Both the position numbers and the translations under genes were made by a program. Shown piece by piece: positions 41,031 through 52,699 of a stretch of 62,000 nt of DNA. Positions within the stretch are counted from its first letter, which is position 1. Each line of letters opens with the position of its first letter. Under the pieces are notes generated by a model. That model made no database searches. It was not told the origin of the DNA and saw only the letters and a program-made list of their open reading frames with translations. The stretch is from Chiloscyllium plagiosum (taxonomy: Eukaryota). The stretch lies in assembly GCF_004010195.1 (NCBI RefSeq), contig NC_057718.1, positions 75,931,843-75,993,842 of the forward strand, read 5' to 3'.

Positions 41031-41461
41031 TTTAACCAATAGGCCTACCCTCATTCTCTATACAATAAGAAAAACTAACCAGAGAGCAGAGAAATCCTAG
41101 GGATTTATGGGAAAGCTGGATCTTTATGGATTTGAAGTTTCTCACCACTCCACAACACTCATGCCCCAGTTCAGTTCCATTTGAAGTCTTTCACTGCAGT
41201 TGAGTTGCAGGTGCCCGCCTACTGCACTTCCAGATCCTCTGGGAGTCTCCAGGAGTTATTCACCTCCCCCAGAAAAGCTGCTGGCTACTGAAGTATGGAC
41301 ATTGTTCTTCATTCAGGACTCCTACCTCCCTTCTCCTCCAAATATCTTAGCCACTTGTTCATTCCTCATATCCATTGCCAAATTATTAGTACCTTAGTCC
41401 CAAGGTTTAATCAAGTTATAAAGGCACGAGTTAAGGTGCGCAAGGGTACTTAGCCCTCAGG

Positions 41462-41660
41462 AGTCAGCTAGCTCAGTTGGTTAGAGAGCTGGCTTGCGAT
41501 GCAGAGTAATACTAACAGCATAGGTTTAATTCCCACACCACCCAAGCCCATCACAAAGGTCCTGCTTTCTCAAACTTGCCTGGTGACCTTCAGGTTAAAC
41601 TCACCACCAGTGGTCTTTCTCTAACGAAAGTGTCCTCAGGGTCTTTGGTGGCTATTACTA
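41462..41660 (+). mobile_element. tRNA-derived SINE, second family
   Basis: A-box tagctcagttgg, B-box-like ggtttaattcc, core ggtgaccttcaggttaaactcaccaccagt; homologous to 55985-56198. Confidence 0.7.
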
Positions 41661-41689
41661 TTAAAGTTACCAATTAAAGAAGAGCTAAT

Positions 41690-42790
41690 GGCTTTGGGGG
41701 TAATAGCATGAGGGATAAATGGGTAATTTTCATGTTGGAAAATGGAGAGTGAAGTGACATAGGGATCGGTGCTGGGCCTCAGTTATTTACAGTCTATATT
41801 AATTACTTGGGTGAAGGCTTGAGTCCACTGCAGCTAAGGCTGGTGATAAAGATAGGTAGAAAGGCAGGGAGGATGGTCTCAAAACATCTGCAAAGGGGTA
41901 TAAATAGGTTCAATGAGTGAGACAAAATTTTGACAGATGAACTATAATGTAGGAAAACAGGAATTTATCCACTTGGCTGAGAAAAATTTTAAAACACAGT
42001 ATTTTTAAAATGTAGGGAGATTATAGAACACTGTGGTATAGAATTATTTAAGTATCCTCATAAAAGATTCAGAAAATGTTGCATGCTAATCATGCAATGA
42101 AAATGCAAAATTGGCCTGCATTGCTAAAGATATACTGTTTTAGAGTAGGGAGCACTTGCTACAGCCATACAGGGCATTTGTGAAACTGTACCTGGAGCAC
42201 TGTGTACAAATTTTGGCTCCTTATTGAAGGGGGAATAAATCATTTTAATCAAGTTGTTCGAATACGCTGTGACACACCTGTGGATCAGGTGAGACTTGAA
42301 TCCTGATCACCTGCTGATACTTACACCAAGTAGTTCAGAACAAGGTTCACTCAGTTCATTCATGGGATGAGGGTGTTATTTTATGAAGACAGGATAAGCA
42401 AGTTAGGCCTACACTTATCACAAAAAAGAAAAATGAGAGAGGATCTTATTGAAACAAGATTCTAAAGGTCCTTGACAGGACAGGTGCCAATGGAGTTACC
42501 TCTGATCAGGGAAATCCAGAATGATGGGACATTTTCAAAATAATTTTCCATCTAAGATGGAGATGAAGAGTATTTTTATTTCTCTCCCAGCTGTTAATCT
42601 TTAATTCGCCATCCCAGAGACTGAATGAATGGCTACTTTCAAGGCTGAGTCGGACAAATGTGTATCTATAACGGACACAGTTTATGGAACACAGATAGTG
42701 AAACTGCAGCTCAGGCCACAATTAGAAATGACATGACATTATTGGATTAGGCCACGTAACAAGCTGATGGATGCCTGTTTTGACTTCTTG
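41690..42790 (+). mobile_element. Degenerate CR1 RT and 3' fragment
   Basis: gggatcggtgctgggcc (GSVLG) and LEHCVQ-like remnants. Confidence 0.65.
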
Positions 42791-42955
42791 CATTGAGTGA
42801 CAAGAGGGAGAATAGGTTTGGGGTTGATGGGGGTGGTGAAGGATGAGTGACAAAGAAAAGAAACCTCAGAGGAACATTTTCTTTTTAATTCATTCAGGTG
42901 TTTGCCATTGACTTTGTCATTAGTTATTGTCTATTGTAATTGTCTTGAGTGCTAG

Positions 42956-44015
42956 ACCATAAGAGATAGGAGCAGAAATTAGGCCACTCAGCCCATAGAG
43001 TCTGCTCTGCCATTCAATCATAGCCAATAAGTTTCTCAACCCCATTCTCATCCTTTCTCCCCAGAACCTTTGAGCCACTTGATACTCAAGAACCTATCTA
43101 TCTCAGTCTTAAATACACTCAATGATCTGGTGGCCATAGCCTTCTATGGCAATGAAATCCATAGACCTACCATTCTATGGCTGAAGTAGTATCTCTTTAT
43201 CTCCGTTCTAAAATGTCTTCCCTTTACTCTAAGGCTATGCCCTCCGGTCCTAGTCTCTCCTACCAATGGAAATATCTTCCCAGCATCTACTTTTCCCAGG
43301 TATTCAGTACTCTGTATGTTACAATCAGATATTCCGCCCCCCACCCCTAAAAAGTCCTTCTAAACTCCATAGAGTATAAACCCAGAGTCCTCAAATGCTC
43401 CTCATACGCTAAGCTTTTCATTCCTGGGACTATCCTAGAGAACATTCCTAAGATATGGGGCCCTATCCTGTGCATAGTACTCCAAATGTGGTCTGACCAG
43501 AGCCTTATAGAGCCTCAGAAGTACATGCCTGCTTTTATATTCAAGTCCTCTTTGAATAAATGCAATCATTGTATTTGCCTTCCTAACTACTGACCCAATC
43601 TGCACATTTTCCTTGAGAGAATCCTGGATGAGAGCTCCCTACTTGCTTTGTAATTCATATTTGTGAATTTTCTTCCTATTTAGTAAATAGTCCATGCCTC
43701 TATTTTTCCTACCAAAGTACATTCATACTTTCCTATCTGCCACTCTCCTAACCTATCTAAATCCTTCTGCAGCCTCCCCGCCTCTTCAATGCTACCTGTC
43801 CCTCTACTTATCTCTGTATCATCTGCAAACGTAGCCAGAATGTGCTCAGTTCCTTCATCCAGATCATTAGTGTATAAAGTGAAAAGTTGTGGTCCCAACA
43901 CTAAGCCTTGTGGAATACCACTTGTAACCAGCTGCCACTTTTTATTCCCACTCTCTGCTTTCTGCCAGACAGCCAAACTTCTATCCATCCCAACATGTTG
44001 CCTCTAACACCATGG
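42956..44015 (-). mobile_element. CR1 LINE 3' portion
   Basis: GIPQGLVLGPQLF and FADDT motifs; the 3' end is shared with 59550-59822. Confidence 0.88.
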
Positions 44016-44295
44016 ATCCTCTTGAACTTCAGAGTGTATGACTGTTTTTGCATTTATCTGGTGGTGTTTTTTTAAAGAGCTGCTAGCATGGCCCAGTTTC
44101 TAAGAAGCAACTTCGACATATTTCAAGGAAATCAATTCTAAAGTGTGGGAATAATGAACTATTAGGAGGTAATAAGAGGTGCCACAGATAAAGTATTTCC
44201 AATTCCAAATTTGACAGACTAGAAGAGGGCTTAGACCTTCGAAGAAAATGGAAATGAGTTAATTTTTAAAAAATGGTTAAGAAACAAATCTTTAT

Positions 44296-44878
44296 CATAG
44301 AGTCATCGAGACCTACTGCACACAAAAAGGCCCTTTGGCCCATCACATCTATGCTGGTAAGAAAATACCACCTAACCATTCTACTTTTATTTCCTAGCAG
44401 TTGGCCCATAGCCTTGTATGCCTGGCTATTGTAAGTGTACAACTAAACATCTCAAACGTTCTGAGTGTTTCTGCCTCCACCGCCCTTAAAGGCAGTGAGT
44501 TCTAGATACCCACCATCTTCTGGATGAAATGGTTTCTCCTCATATCATCTTCTCTAAACCTCCTTAAATTGCCTTAAAATTTACACCCTCTGGTCAATGA
44601 TCCCTTCGTCGAGGGGAAAACTTGCTTCCTATCTACCCTATGTCCCTCATAATTCTATAAATCTCAATCATGTCCCCTCTCAATCTCCTCTGCTCTGAGG
44701 AAAACAACCCCAGTCTGTCCAAATCTCTCTTATCTGACACTCTCCAGCCCAAGCAACATCCTGGTAAATCTCCTCTGCACCCTCTCCAGTAGATTCCAGA
44801 ACTGCACACATTACCCTAGCTGTGGCCTAACCAACCTTGTTACACAGTTCCAGCATTACCTCCCTGCCCTTAAACTCA
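44296..44878 (-). mobile_element. CR1 LINE 3' fragment
   Basis: tcatagagtcat tail and CR1 C-terminal remnants. Confidence 0.8.
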
Positions 44879-44892
44879 AAACAGCATTAAGA

Positions 44893-45430
44893 ATTAGATT
44901 TATTGTCAGGTGCACTCATGTACAGAAGTACAGTGAAACGTTCACAATGTTGTCCCCCACAGTGCCATCTTAGGTACAAAGTACTTAGAGACAAATCTTA
45001 AATATGAAGCAGAGAAATAAAGGGGAAAAAATGTTACGTAACCAAACAGTTATTCATAGAAGAAGTTTGCAAAGAAAGAAATAAAATTGAAAAGATAAAT
45101 ATTACAGCCTTTCTATGAAGGGCCTGCAATAGATCAGTGCAGTGGTCTGACCAGGTTCGCAAACTGCTGATGCCCCAGCCCTACTCTGGGCACGCTGGCC
45201 ATCCTACTCTGCTTGGGCCTGGAGCATGCTCCACTCCTGTCCACAGCCACTCCAATAATGTCCCCACCACTCCAGGTTAAGGGCTTTTTTTCCCCCAAAA
45301 CAAATTACTAAAAAACAAACTTTAAAAAAAGAGGAAGAACAACAAAGGAGGAGAAAAACAAAAAGCAGATGGAATGGATGAGCCCTGGGCTGCGGAGTCT
45401 AGATGCTACTACTTCACCACCACCATCTGT
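44893..45430 (-). mobile_element. Non-autonomous LINE-tailed element; sister copy at 60088-60618
   Basis: The first ~110 nt and the ccatct end are shared between the two copies. Confidence 0.55.
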
Positions 45431-46797
45431 GCCTCAATTATTAAGTATACCATAATGTTTTTATGGTCACACCATCATCATGTATTACCTTGCCTTGTCT
45501 GTCCTGCCCAAGTGCATCATCTTGCATTTATCGTAATGGAATTCTGTTATCCATGAGGAGAGCAGAACAATGGTATACTGCTCAGAGTGGGAAGAAACCT
45601 TAAGGAAATGTCTGAATAGGAAATAGTGCAAAATTCTGCCCACTTGGCTAAGTTAGTTTTGGGTCTGGTATCTGAGGGCAATTGTTAGGAAGGGGCACAA
45701 AGTTAGGTGAGCATACCCCCAAATTAAGTGAGGCGACAGCAATAGCCAGTCATATGGAACAAGCAAAATCCAGGGAAGTTAGAATATAAATCTTGAAGAG
45801 CTAAGGAGTGTAAAAAACCAGAAACAAATGCCAGCCAAAATTCAAGAGCTCCAACAGAGGAACCAAGTGAATGTGCAGCACACAGGGCAGTTTCATGCCC
45901 AGGGAGAAAAGACCTATCAAGGGGAAGAGAGAGAGAGAGATCAGGGATCATGATTCAGCCCAAAACGACATGACTGAGCTAGCGAGAAATGTAGTGATTT
46001 GCAGGTTGCAGTCACAGTTCTATGCAAGTAAAATGATCGAGTAAAACTCATACTGTAGATCACTTGAAATGCTAACAGGAGATTGATATTAAAAGTTCAA
46101 AAAGGGATAATGAGCATCTACAGGGCCAAAAGAGCAGAACCACAAGAGAGACTGGGACAGAGAGGAGGAAATCTATTGGGATGCTGAGAACAAATCGGAG
46201 ATGGGGACCCCTAACAGCTTCAGTATCCTCAGCACACCCAGTTGCACTTCCCCTCCCCAGAGGGCCCAAACCTCAGACAATCATGGAGTACCTTCCATCC
46301 CAATGAACACACTAACCACCAGTCGCCAAGATAGGCGACAGGCTGCCAATATCACCCTCAGCATACCATTCATGGTGGGATAACTGGCAGAGACAGGCCA
46401 AAATTTTAAAAAAATCCCTGCCCGTGAGCCTCCATAACAACTTTTTCTTCCAGGTGGTCCACTTTCACAATCTGACAATACTCTAGAAAGCCAGTGCATG
46501 ACCTACATGTGTGCTCATACTTCAGAATTTGGGTTAAGTTCAGGCCTGGATTCATAACAACAATTAGCAACAGAAGTGAATTGGGGAAGGGAGGGCACCT
46601 GGGGGCATCAGATATTGAATGAGGACAGTAACAGATGCCATTTTGATCTTTTTCTCTTAGAATACATGCACATGCAAGGGGCATCATAGCAATAGTGCCT
46701 GCTAATCACTATCCACCCTTTATAAGTGCTCGGTTACCCAGGATGCATATGGTTTGCTCCACTGGACGCAGGTGAGCGGGAGGACAGCATTCTGTGG

Positions 46798-47557
46798 GTA
46801 CTATCACGTCTAGGAATGGGAGTTGGTTGTCCTTTTCTTCCTCTCTAGTGAATCAGATTCCTGAGTGTGGCGTTGATGATCCGGTGTGTGTTCTCTATTT
46901 CCAATTCACTAGAGAGGAAGCAAAGGACAACCAACTCCCATTCCTAGACGTAATGGTACAGAGAACACCGAACGGAGAATTCACCACAAAGGTATACAGG
47001 AAAGCCACACATACAGACCAAGTCCTGAACTACGAAAGCAACCACCCCAACACACACAAAAGAAGTTGCATCAAGACACTATTCAAAAGGGCCACAACAC
47101 ACTGCAGTACACCAAAAAGAGGAAAAGAGGAAGAAGAACACCTCTACAATGTATTCGCCAAAAACGGATACCCCCGCAATTTCATCGACAGATGCCTAAG
47201 GGAAAGACAACGGAANNNNNNNNNNNNNNNNNNNNNNNNNNNNNNNNNNNNNNNNNNNNNNNNNNNNNNNNNNNNNNNNNNNNNNNNNNNNNNNNNNNNN
47301 NNNNNNNNNNNNNNNNNNNNNNNNNNNNNNNNNNNNNNNNNNNNNNNNNNNNNNNNNNTTCAATCAATAAGCACATCGACCTGGACCCAATATACCAGCC
47401 ACTGCAACGGACAGCTGGAACTGACAACCGGAAGCAGCAGAGACAAACCACTATAAATGCCGGAAGAAAGATCACAGAAGCGCTTCACAGGAGGCTCCCA
47501 AGTACTGAGGATGTCACCTAGACAGGGGACGAAACGTCTGCAACACAAATTCCCAAC
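46798..47557 (+). mobile_element. Penelope-like element (second family), 5'-truncated with an inverted 5' segment; N-gap 47216-47358
   Basis: ORF segment FTREEAKDNQLPFLDVMV...VYRKATHTDQVLNYESNHP..HKRSCIKTLFKRA is PLE RT thumb-like. 46798-46900 is an inverted piece of the same RT. Confidence 0.88.
47502..47541 (+). ncRNA. Minimal hammerhead ribozyme motif in the PLE 3' terminal repeat
   Basis: GUA-CUGAGGA-U-GUCACCU-AGAC-AGGGGAC-GAAAC-GUC-UGC: complete core, 7-bp helix II with one mismatch, ACGU palindrome in place of helix III, 3-bp helix I. Confidence 0.75.
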
Positions 47558-47559
47558 TT

Positions 47560-47705
47560 TGCCCTCTATACCTGGTCTGGTCCACATGTGACTCCAGACC
47601 ACAGCAATGTGGTTGACTCTTCATTGCCTTCTAGGCAATTCGACATAGACAATAAAAGCTGACCTGGTTAGCAATGCCTACATCCCATAAATGAATTTAA
47701 AAAAC
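47560..47705 (+). mobile_element. 3' half of a third SINE-like family; longer copy at 50020-50320
   Basis: Shared tacctggtct...acatgtgactccagac core and A-rich end. Confidence 0.6.
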
Positions 47706-47815
47706 CTAACAGAATTTGTGGGAAAAAGAAATATACATTTGAAGAAAAAACTCCTCAAAAGGGTAATCGCTCAAGCTTGTTGTTAATGTTCTCTTTCCTT
47801 TGACCCATTTGTTGG

Positions 47816-47905
47816 TGACGAAGGGCTTTTGCCCGAAACATCGATTTTCCTGCTCCTCGGATGCTACCTGACTTGCTGTGCTTTTCCAGCATGACACTCT
47901 CGACC
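47816..47905 (+). mobile_element. Solo PLE terminal-repeat half (family B) beginning within a hammerhead core
   Basis: tgacga-agggc-tttt-gccc-gaaac-atc followed by the family B arm. Confidence 0.75.
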
Positions 47906-48326
47906 CCATTTATTGGTAGTGCTACCAAATAACCATGGTCAAAGCTGGCAAGACAGCGTATTAAAACTAATAGTGTTTATAAATACACATCAAGTGCAGA
48001 AAAATCTGGAACTCAGTTTCCTCTCACCTCATCTCCGCCACTGGCTGATGTTGCTGAGCAATGAGACTTTCAAGACCGAGATATCTCAGATTTTTGTTAA
48101 TGAAATATATCAAGAGATATGGAACAAACACAAGAACACGGAGTCGAGATATAAATCTGCCACAATCCAACTGACTGACAGTACAAGCTCAAAAATTCAT
48201 ACATCCTAATTCAATTTCTACAGAAGTGTCTGCAATTTGGTCTGTCATAACATCCTATTGTGTGGTACACATTGCTGAATGCATATCACTTGCAGAACTT
48301 TATGGAGTCTCAATTAGTTTACTCAC

Positions 48327-48400
48327 ATATATTTTGTCTTTGCTATAGCGCACTCGGATATTGTTCAGGAGCGTAGCTTCATTTAAATACATAAGGCCAC
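48327..48400 (-). CDS. MYO6: MYO6 exon 4 equivalent, (C)GLMYLNEATLLNNIRVRYSKDKIY
   Basis: 74 nt; tgtag acceptor, gtgagt donor; myosin LNEATLL motif. Confidence 0.96.
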
Positions 48401-48476
48401 CTACAAGATGATGCAAAAAGAAACTGATGAGTTCAAATAAATTATTTCCATATAACAAAGGTTGACTGTAGTTCTT

Positions 48477-48695
48477 ATTTATTTGTGCAATACATTCATC
48501 CAGTTTTCAATATCCAATGACTAAATATGAAAAACTGGAATTTAGAGATTTTTGACAACTTTAAAGTGACAGCTAAATTAACGTAATTTATTTGTGCAAT
48601 ACATTCATCCAGTTTTCAATATCCAATGACTTACGTTAATTTAGCTGTCACTTTAAAGTTGTCAAAAATCTCTAAATTCCAGTTTTTCATATTTA
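48477..48695. repeat. A-B-A-B' structure: 46-bp perfect direct repeat interleaved with a 65-bp perfect inverted repeat
   Basis: A = 48477-48522 and 48586-48631; B = 48522-48586; B' = 48631-48695. Confidence 0.97.
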
Positions 48696-50019
48696 CTAAC
48701 TAGCACAATTACATGTTTCCGTAAGGTTTTCAGACATTATCTCCACAGAGATAAGAAAATAAATCTCTGGAAGAGCGAGTGAATCATATTAATTTGGTTT
48801 GATAAACCCACCCATAAAAGTTAAAATAAGGCCCAAGATGTCTGTGCCAGCCACAAAGAATTATCCAGTCTAATCTCACTTTCGAGCTATTGGTCAGCCT
48901 ACTGTATATTACAGCAGCATATTTAAACTTTTTTTTAAATTGGAGAAGAAACAACACTTGGTGGTGTGCTCCAAGCCCCAACACTCTCCACATGAAAAGA
49001 TTACTGTTCAACCTCAAATATTTTCAGTAATGCCCCTTTGTCATTCATCTCTTCAAAGGGAAATACAGTAAATCCCAATGCACTGAATCTCGGAACACCA
49101 AGTAGATTGTCGTGATATCCGAGGAAGTCCCAATCCCACGTAAATGTGTTTGTGTAACAGGTTATGCCTACACACATGGTCAATGTAAAAAAAAACATTA
49201 AGGAAGTAAATCTGAAAACGTCTTTCTTCAATTTGTTCACACCAACAATGGTCTTACCTGGTAAAAGGATAGAACTACACATTGAAGCAGGTGGAGAATT
49301 AGATCAGAGAAAACCCTGCAATCGCTTTCTGCTTAGGATGCTGTTTCCACGCAAGCATGATTCAGTCCACTAAGTTTTCAATATCTAAACATACGTCAAG
49401 ACTTTTCACGGTGCAATGTGAAATCCTGAAGAAACTCTGTGGCCTTTATAACATTGGCTTAGGAAACAGGCAGGTAGACAGTATTCATTAGACTCTTCAG
49501 TGGTTACTGTCATGACATTCACAAGGCAACAATGTTTCTTGGATTTTCCAACGACAAGTGGCAGCATCTATTTGTGCCATTCATGGTTGGCAATCTTTTA
49601 GCTTTCTCTCAGAATTAGCCATACGGACAGGCTTTCACAACGAGATCACAATATCACATGATGGCTTTCCCAGCACTTTATGAATTCACTCTCTTGTAGT
49701 CAAAATCTGCTTATTATTGTTGCAGTCATACTGAAAAGTTAGACAGGTTTGGCTAATATGGAGTTATCAGTCCTGAATCTTTGACTATTACAGGCATGAG
49801 ATTTGCTATTCCACCAATAATTAACAACTTTAACGCAAGCAAAAATGTCAGAGTTTAACTCATCCAATTTCACTGTCATCTTTTCTGATCCGCTCTACTA
49901 TATGCCCCTTATGATTTTATTCTCATGGATTAAATGTCTCCTCAACCTCCTCTGTCCCAAAGAAAACAAACTTGAAGGTCAGTAAATTGCCAGGACCAGA
50001 TGAATTGTAAAAACGGTAA

Positions 50020-50320
50020 TGCATTGGTGCATTAGTAATGTCACTGGGCTGGTGATCTGGATCCAGATAAATCCTAACACGGCAGACAGCGAAATCGGAA
50101 TTCAATAAAATTCTGGAAGCAGCTGACCTAATGGTAACTATATAACAATTGCCTTTTTAAAAAAACCCTCTAGTTCATTAATGTCCTTTAGGGAAATAAA
50201 TCTGCCATCCTTACCAGGTCTAGCCTACATGTGACTTCAGACTCTTAGTCTTCTAGGTAATGAGTGAAGGGCAATAGGCTTAGGTTTCAATACTCTTATT
50301 CTATGAATGAATAAAAAATA
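50020..50320 (+). mobile_element. SINE-like element, third family, diverged
   Basis: Degenerate tRNA-like head; homologous to 47560-47705; A-rich tail. Confidence 0.55.
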
Positions 50321-50364
50321 AAATTTTATCCTAGTCTGTTAAAGAAAGCCAGGAGAAAAATAAT

Positions 50365-51445
50365 ATATGCTCTGAAGATCATCTTCCAATCCTCATTAGA
50401 TACAGGCATTGTACCAGCACACTAGAGGTCTGTGAATGCTAGAAAATTACTCAAGAGAGTGCAAGGAATAAGCCAAAATAATTACAGGTGGGGCAGTCTG
50501 ACTTTTTCAGTGGGCAAATTATGAGAATTGATACGGAGAAATACGATGAACTGTTACTTATTATTGTTATGGATTAATCAGGGATAGTCAGCATGGTTTG
50601 TTAAGGTAAGGACATGTCTTACTAATTTGATTGAATTTTTTGAGGAATTAACAAGGAGGATTAGATTAGATTAGATTACGTACAGTGTGGAAACAAGCCC
50701 TTCGGCCCAACAAGTCCACACCGCCCCGCCGAAGCGCAACCCACCCATACCCCTACCCCTACATTTACCACTAACCTAACACTACGGGCAATTTAGCATG
50801 GCCAATTCACCTGACCTGCACACATCTTTTGGATTGTGGGAGGAAACCGGAGCACCCGGGAGGAAACCCACGCAGACACGGGGAGAACGTGCAAACTCCA
50901 CACAGTCAGTCGCCTGAGGTGGGAATTGAACCCGGGTCTCTGGCGCTGCGAGGCAGCAGTGCTAACCACTGTGCCACCGTGCTGCCCATGATCAGGACAG
51001 TTCAGCAGATGTGGTCTACACGTGTTTTACGAAGCATTTAATGAAATCCCACATAGTAGACTGGTCAGGAAAATTAAAGCCACTAGGACACAGGGGAATG
51101 TGGTAAGCAAAATTAGCTCAGTGACTGAAAACAAAAAAGGTAATGACTGGCAGGTGTTCTTGCAAATGGTGTTCCAGACAACTCTGGCTTGGGGTCCTTC
51201 CTGTCTTTGGCATACATTAATGATTGAAACTTTAATGGAGGAAAGAGGATTGGGAAGTTTGTAGAGGACAAACATTAGCAGTGTAGTTTATAGTGAAAAG
51301 TCAATAGTGAATGTTGACAACAGGATGATATGAGTGGCTTGGTTGGTGGATGGAAACATGGCTAATGGAATTCAAATCAAGAGAAGTACAAAGTAATGCA
51401 CTTGGGTCGGGCAAACAATGCAAGGGACTATACAATAAACAGGAT
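50365..51445 (+). mobile_element. Degenerate CR1 RT fragment interrupted by an HE1 SINE
   Basis: SQHG...CLTNLIEFFEE upstream of the SINE continues as D...DVVY...AFNEIPH downstream. Confidence 0.75.
50660..50987 (-). mobile_element. HE1-type V-SINE, full length, young (CpG retained)
   Basis: Head gggcagcacggtggcacagtggttagcac, B box ggttcaattcc, V-domain, (TCTAA)n tail. Confidence 0.92.
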
Positions 51446-52699
51446 GCAGGATTAAAAGTGAGATTCTATTTCATCGTTAGCTTAGTTTACTTTAATCACA
51501 GCACATTCATTGATTAACCTAATAATGTACCATGGGATTTCACACAACAATGCGCAATTTTTAACCTTCATGGTTGATTGAGCTCACATCCTCCCAACTT
51601 GTTAAATGCTTTTCAAAGCCATGGTTTTAAGCAATAAAGAAAAGCTAGGAGGGATTTGTTATAGGAAGGGAGGTAAAGGGAAAAAAAAAGCGACTGTACT
51701 TCATAAATTGAAAACGCTGATGTAGTGTTTCAGAAAAGCAACAATTTGGCTAAATATAATCTCTGTATTAGACTTTTTAAACAATATGTTTAAGTTAGTA
51801 ACTAAATAGTACTTAGACTTTTAATCACTCAAGACTATGCACTGAGTGTGCAAGGATATCACACTTCCTCACCCTTCACACACTTCAAAATGGAAGCATA
51901 TTCTATACACTATTAACTTAAATACTACCCACTTGGTAATTTTTATATTAGTAATCTGTGATCATTTCTATTAGTAACATATTGTTTTAAGCTTATAAAC
52001 AACTTTTCCATTGTAGCCAGTCTTAAAAATGAAGAAACTTGTTAGAGGCATTCTCAACAGAAAGAGAAACCATCACCTTGAAGATGACCTCTTAAACATG
52101 AAAATTCACAATAAGATGATCGATTTAATGAAGGACTCTTACCAACTAAGCAAAAGCAGAATGAACTCAGGCTATCAATCTCAAGGAAATGGCAACATGC
52201 AAGTCACTATTCTAAACAATCAAGGACAATATTATACAACGATCTGGTGACTGGACCGAGGTCAGCCAGGTGCAAATCACAGAATACAAGTTCCCTCACT
52301 GGGGCTGTTAATCTGGAATGTATAATGACATTTATCTTGCTCTGGGTAATGGCTTGGAAAGAGTTAATAAGGACCAGCTTTCAATTACCAAAACATGTAA
52401 CAAGTTTGGAGATTGAAATTTGTAAAGCCTGCTGTCTAGTCAGACGCAAAGGACCCTAGAGATGTTGGAGAAAGACCAGAGACTTAGTGTTTACAGTGTT
52501 AGACTGTAGAGCAAGAGCTGTATTAAGCCCTTAAAAGTTGCTGCCTTGCTTTGATAAATATTACTTGACAACTTTAAAATTTCCTGAGTTACCTTGACTG
52601 TTACTTCATTATAGTCTCAAATGAACAAATATACATCGAAATAGAGTTTAAACTGCAACCTAAAATATATAGGGAAGATGTTGAAAGGGGTAGCAGACG

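Noticed and set aside
45600..46300. Possible LTR-retrotransposon gag remnant
   Set aside because: Purine-rich and suggestive, but I could not identify any protein motif or terminal structure.
48477..48695. CRISPR-like repeat-spacer array or MITE
   Set aside because: There are only two direct copies, the context is a eukaryotic intron with no cas genes, and the interleaved geometry fits template switching rather than TIRs with a TSD.
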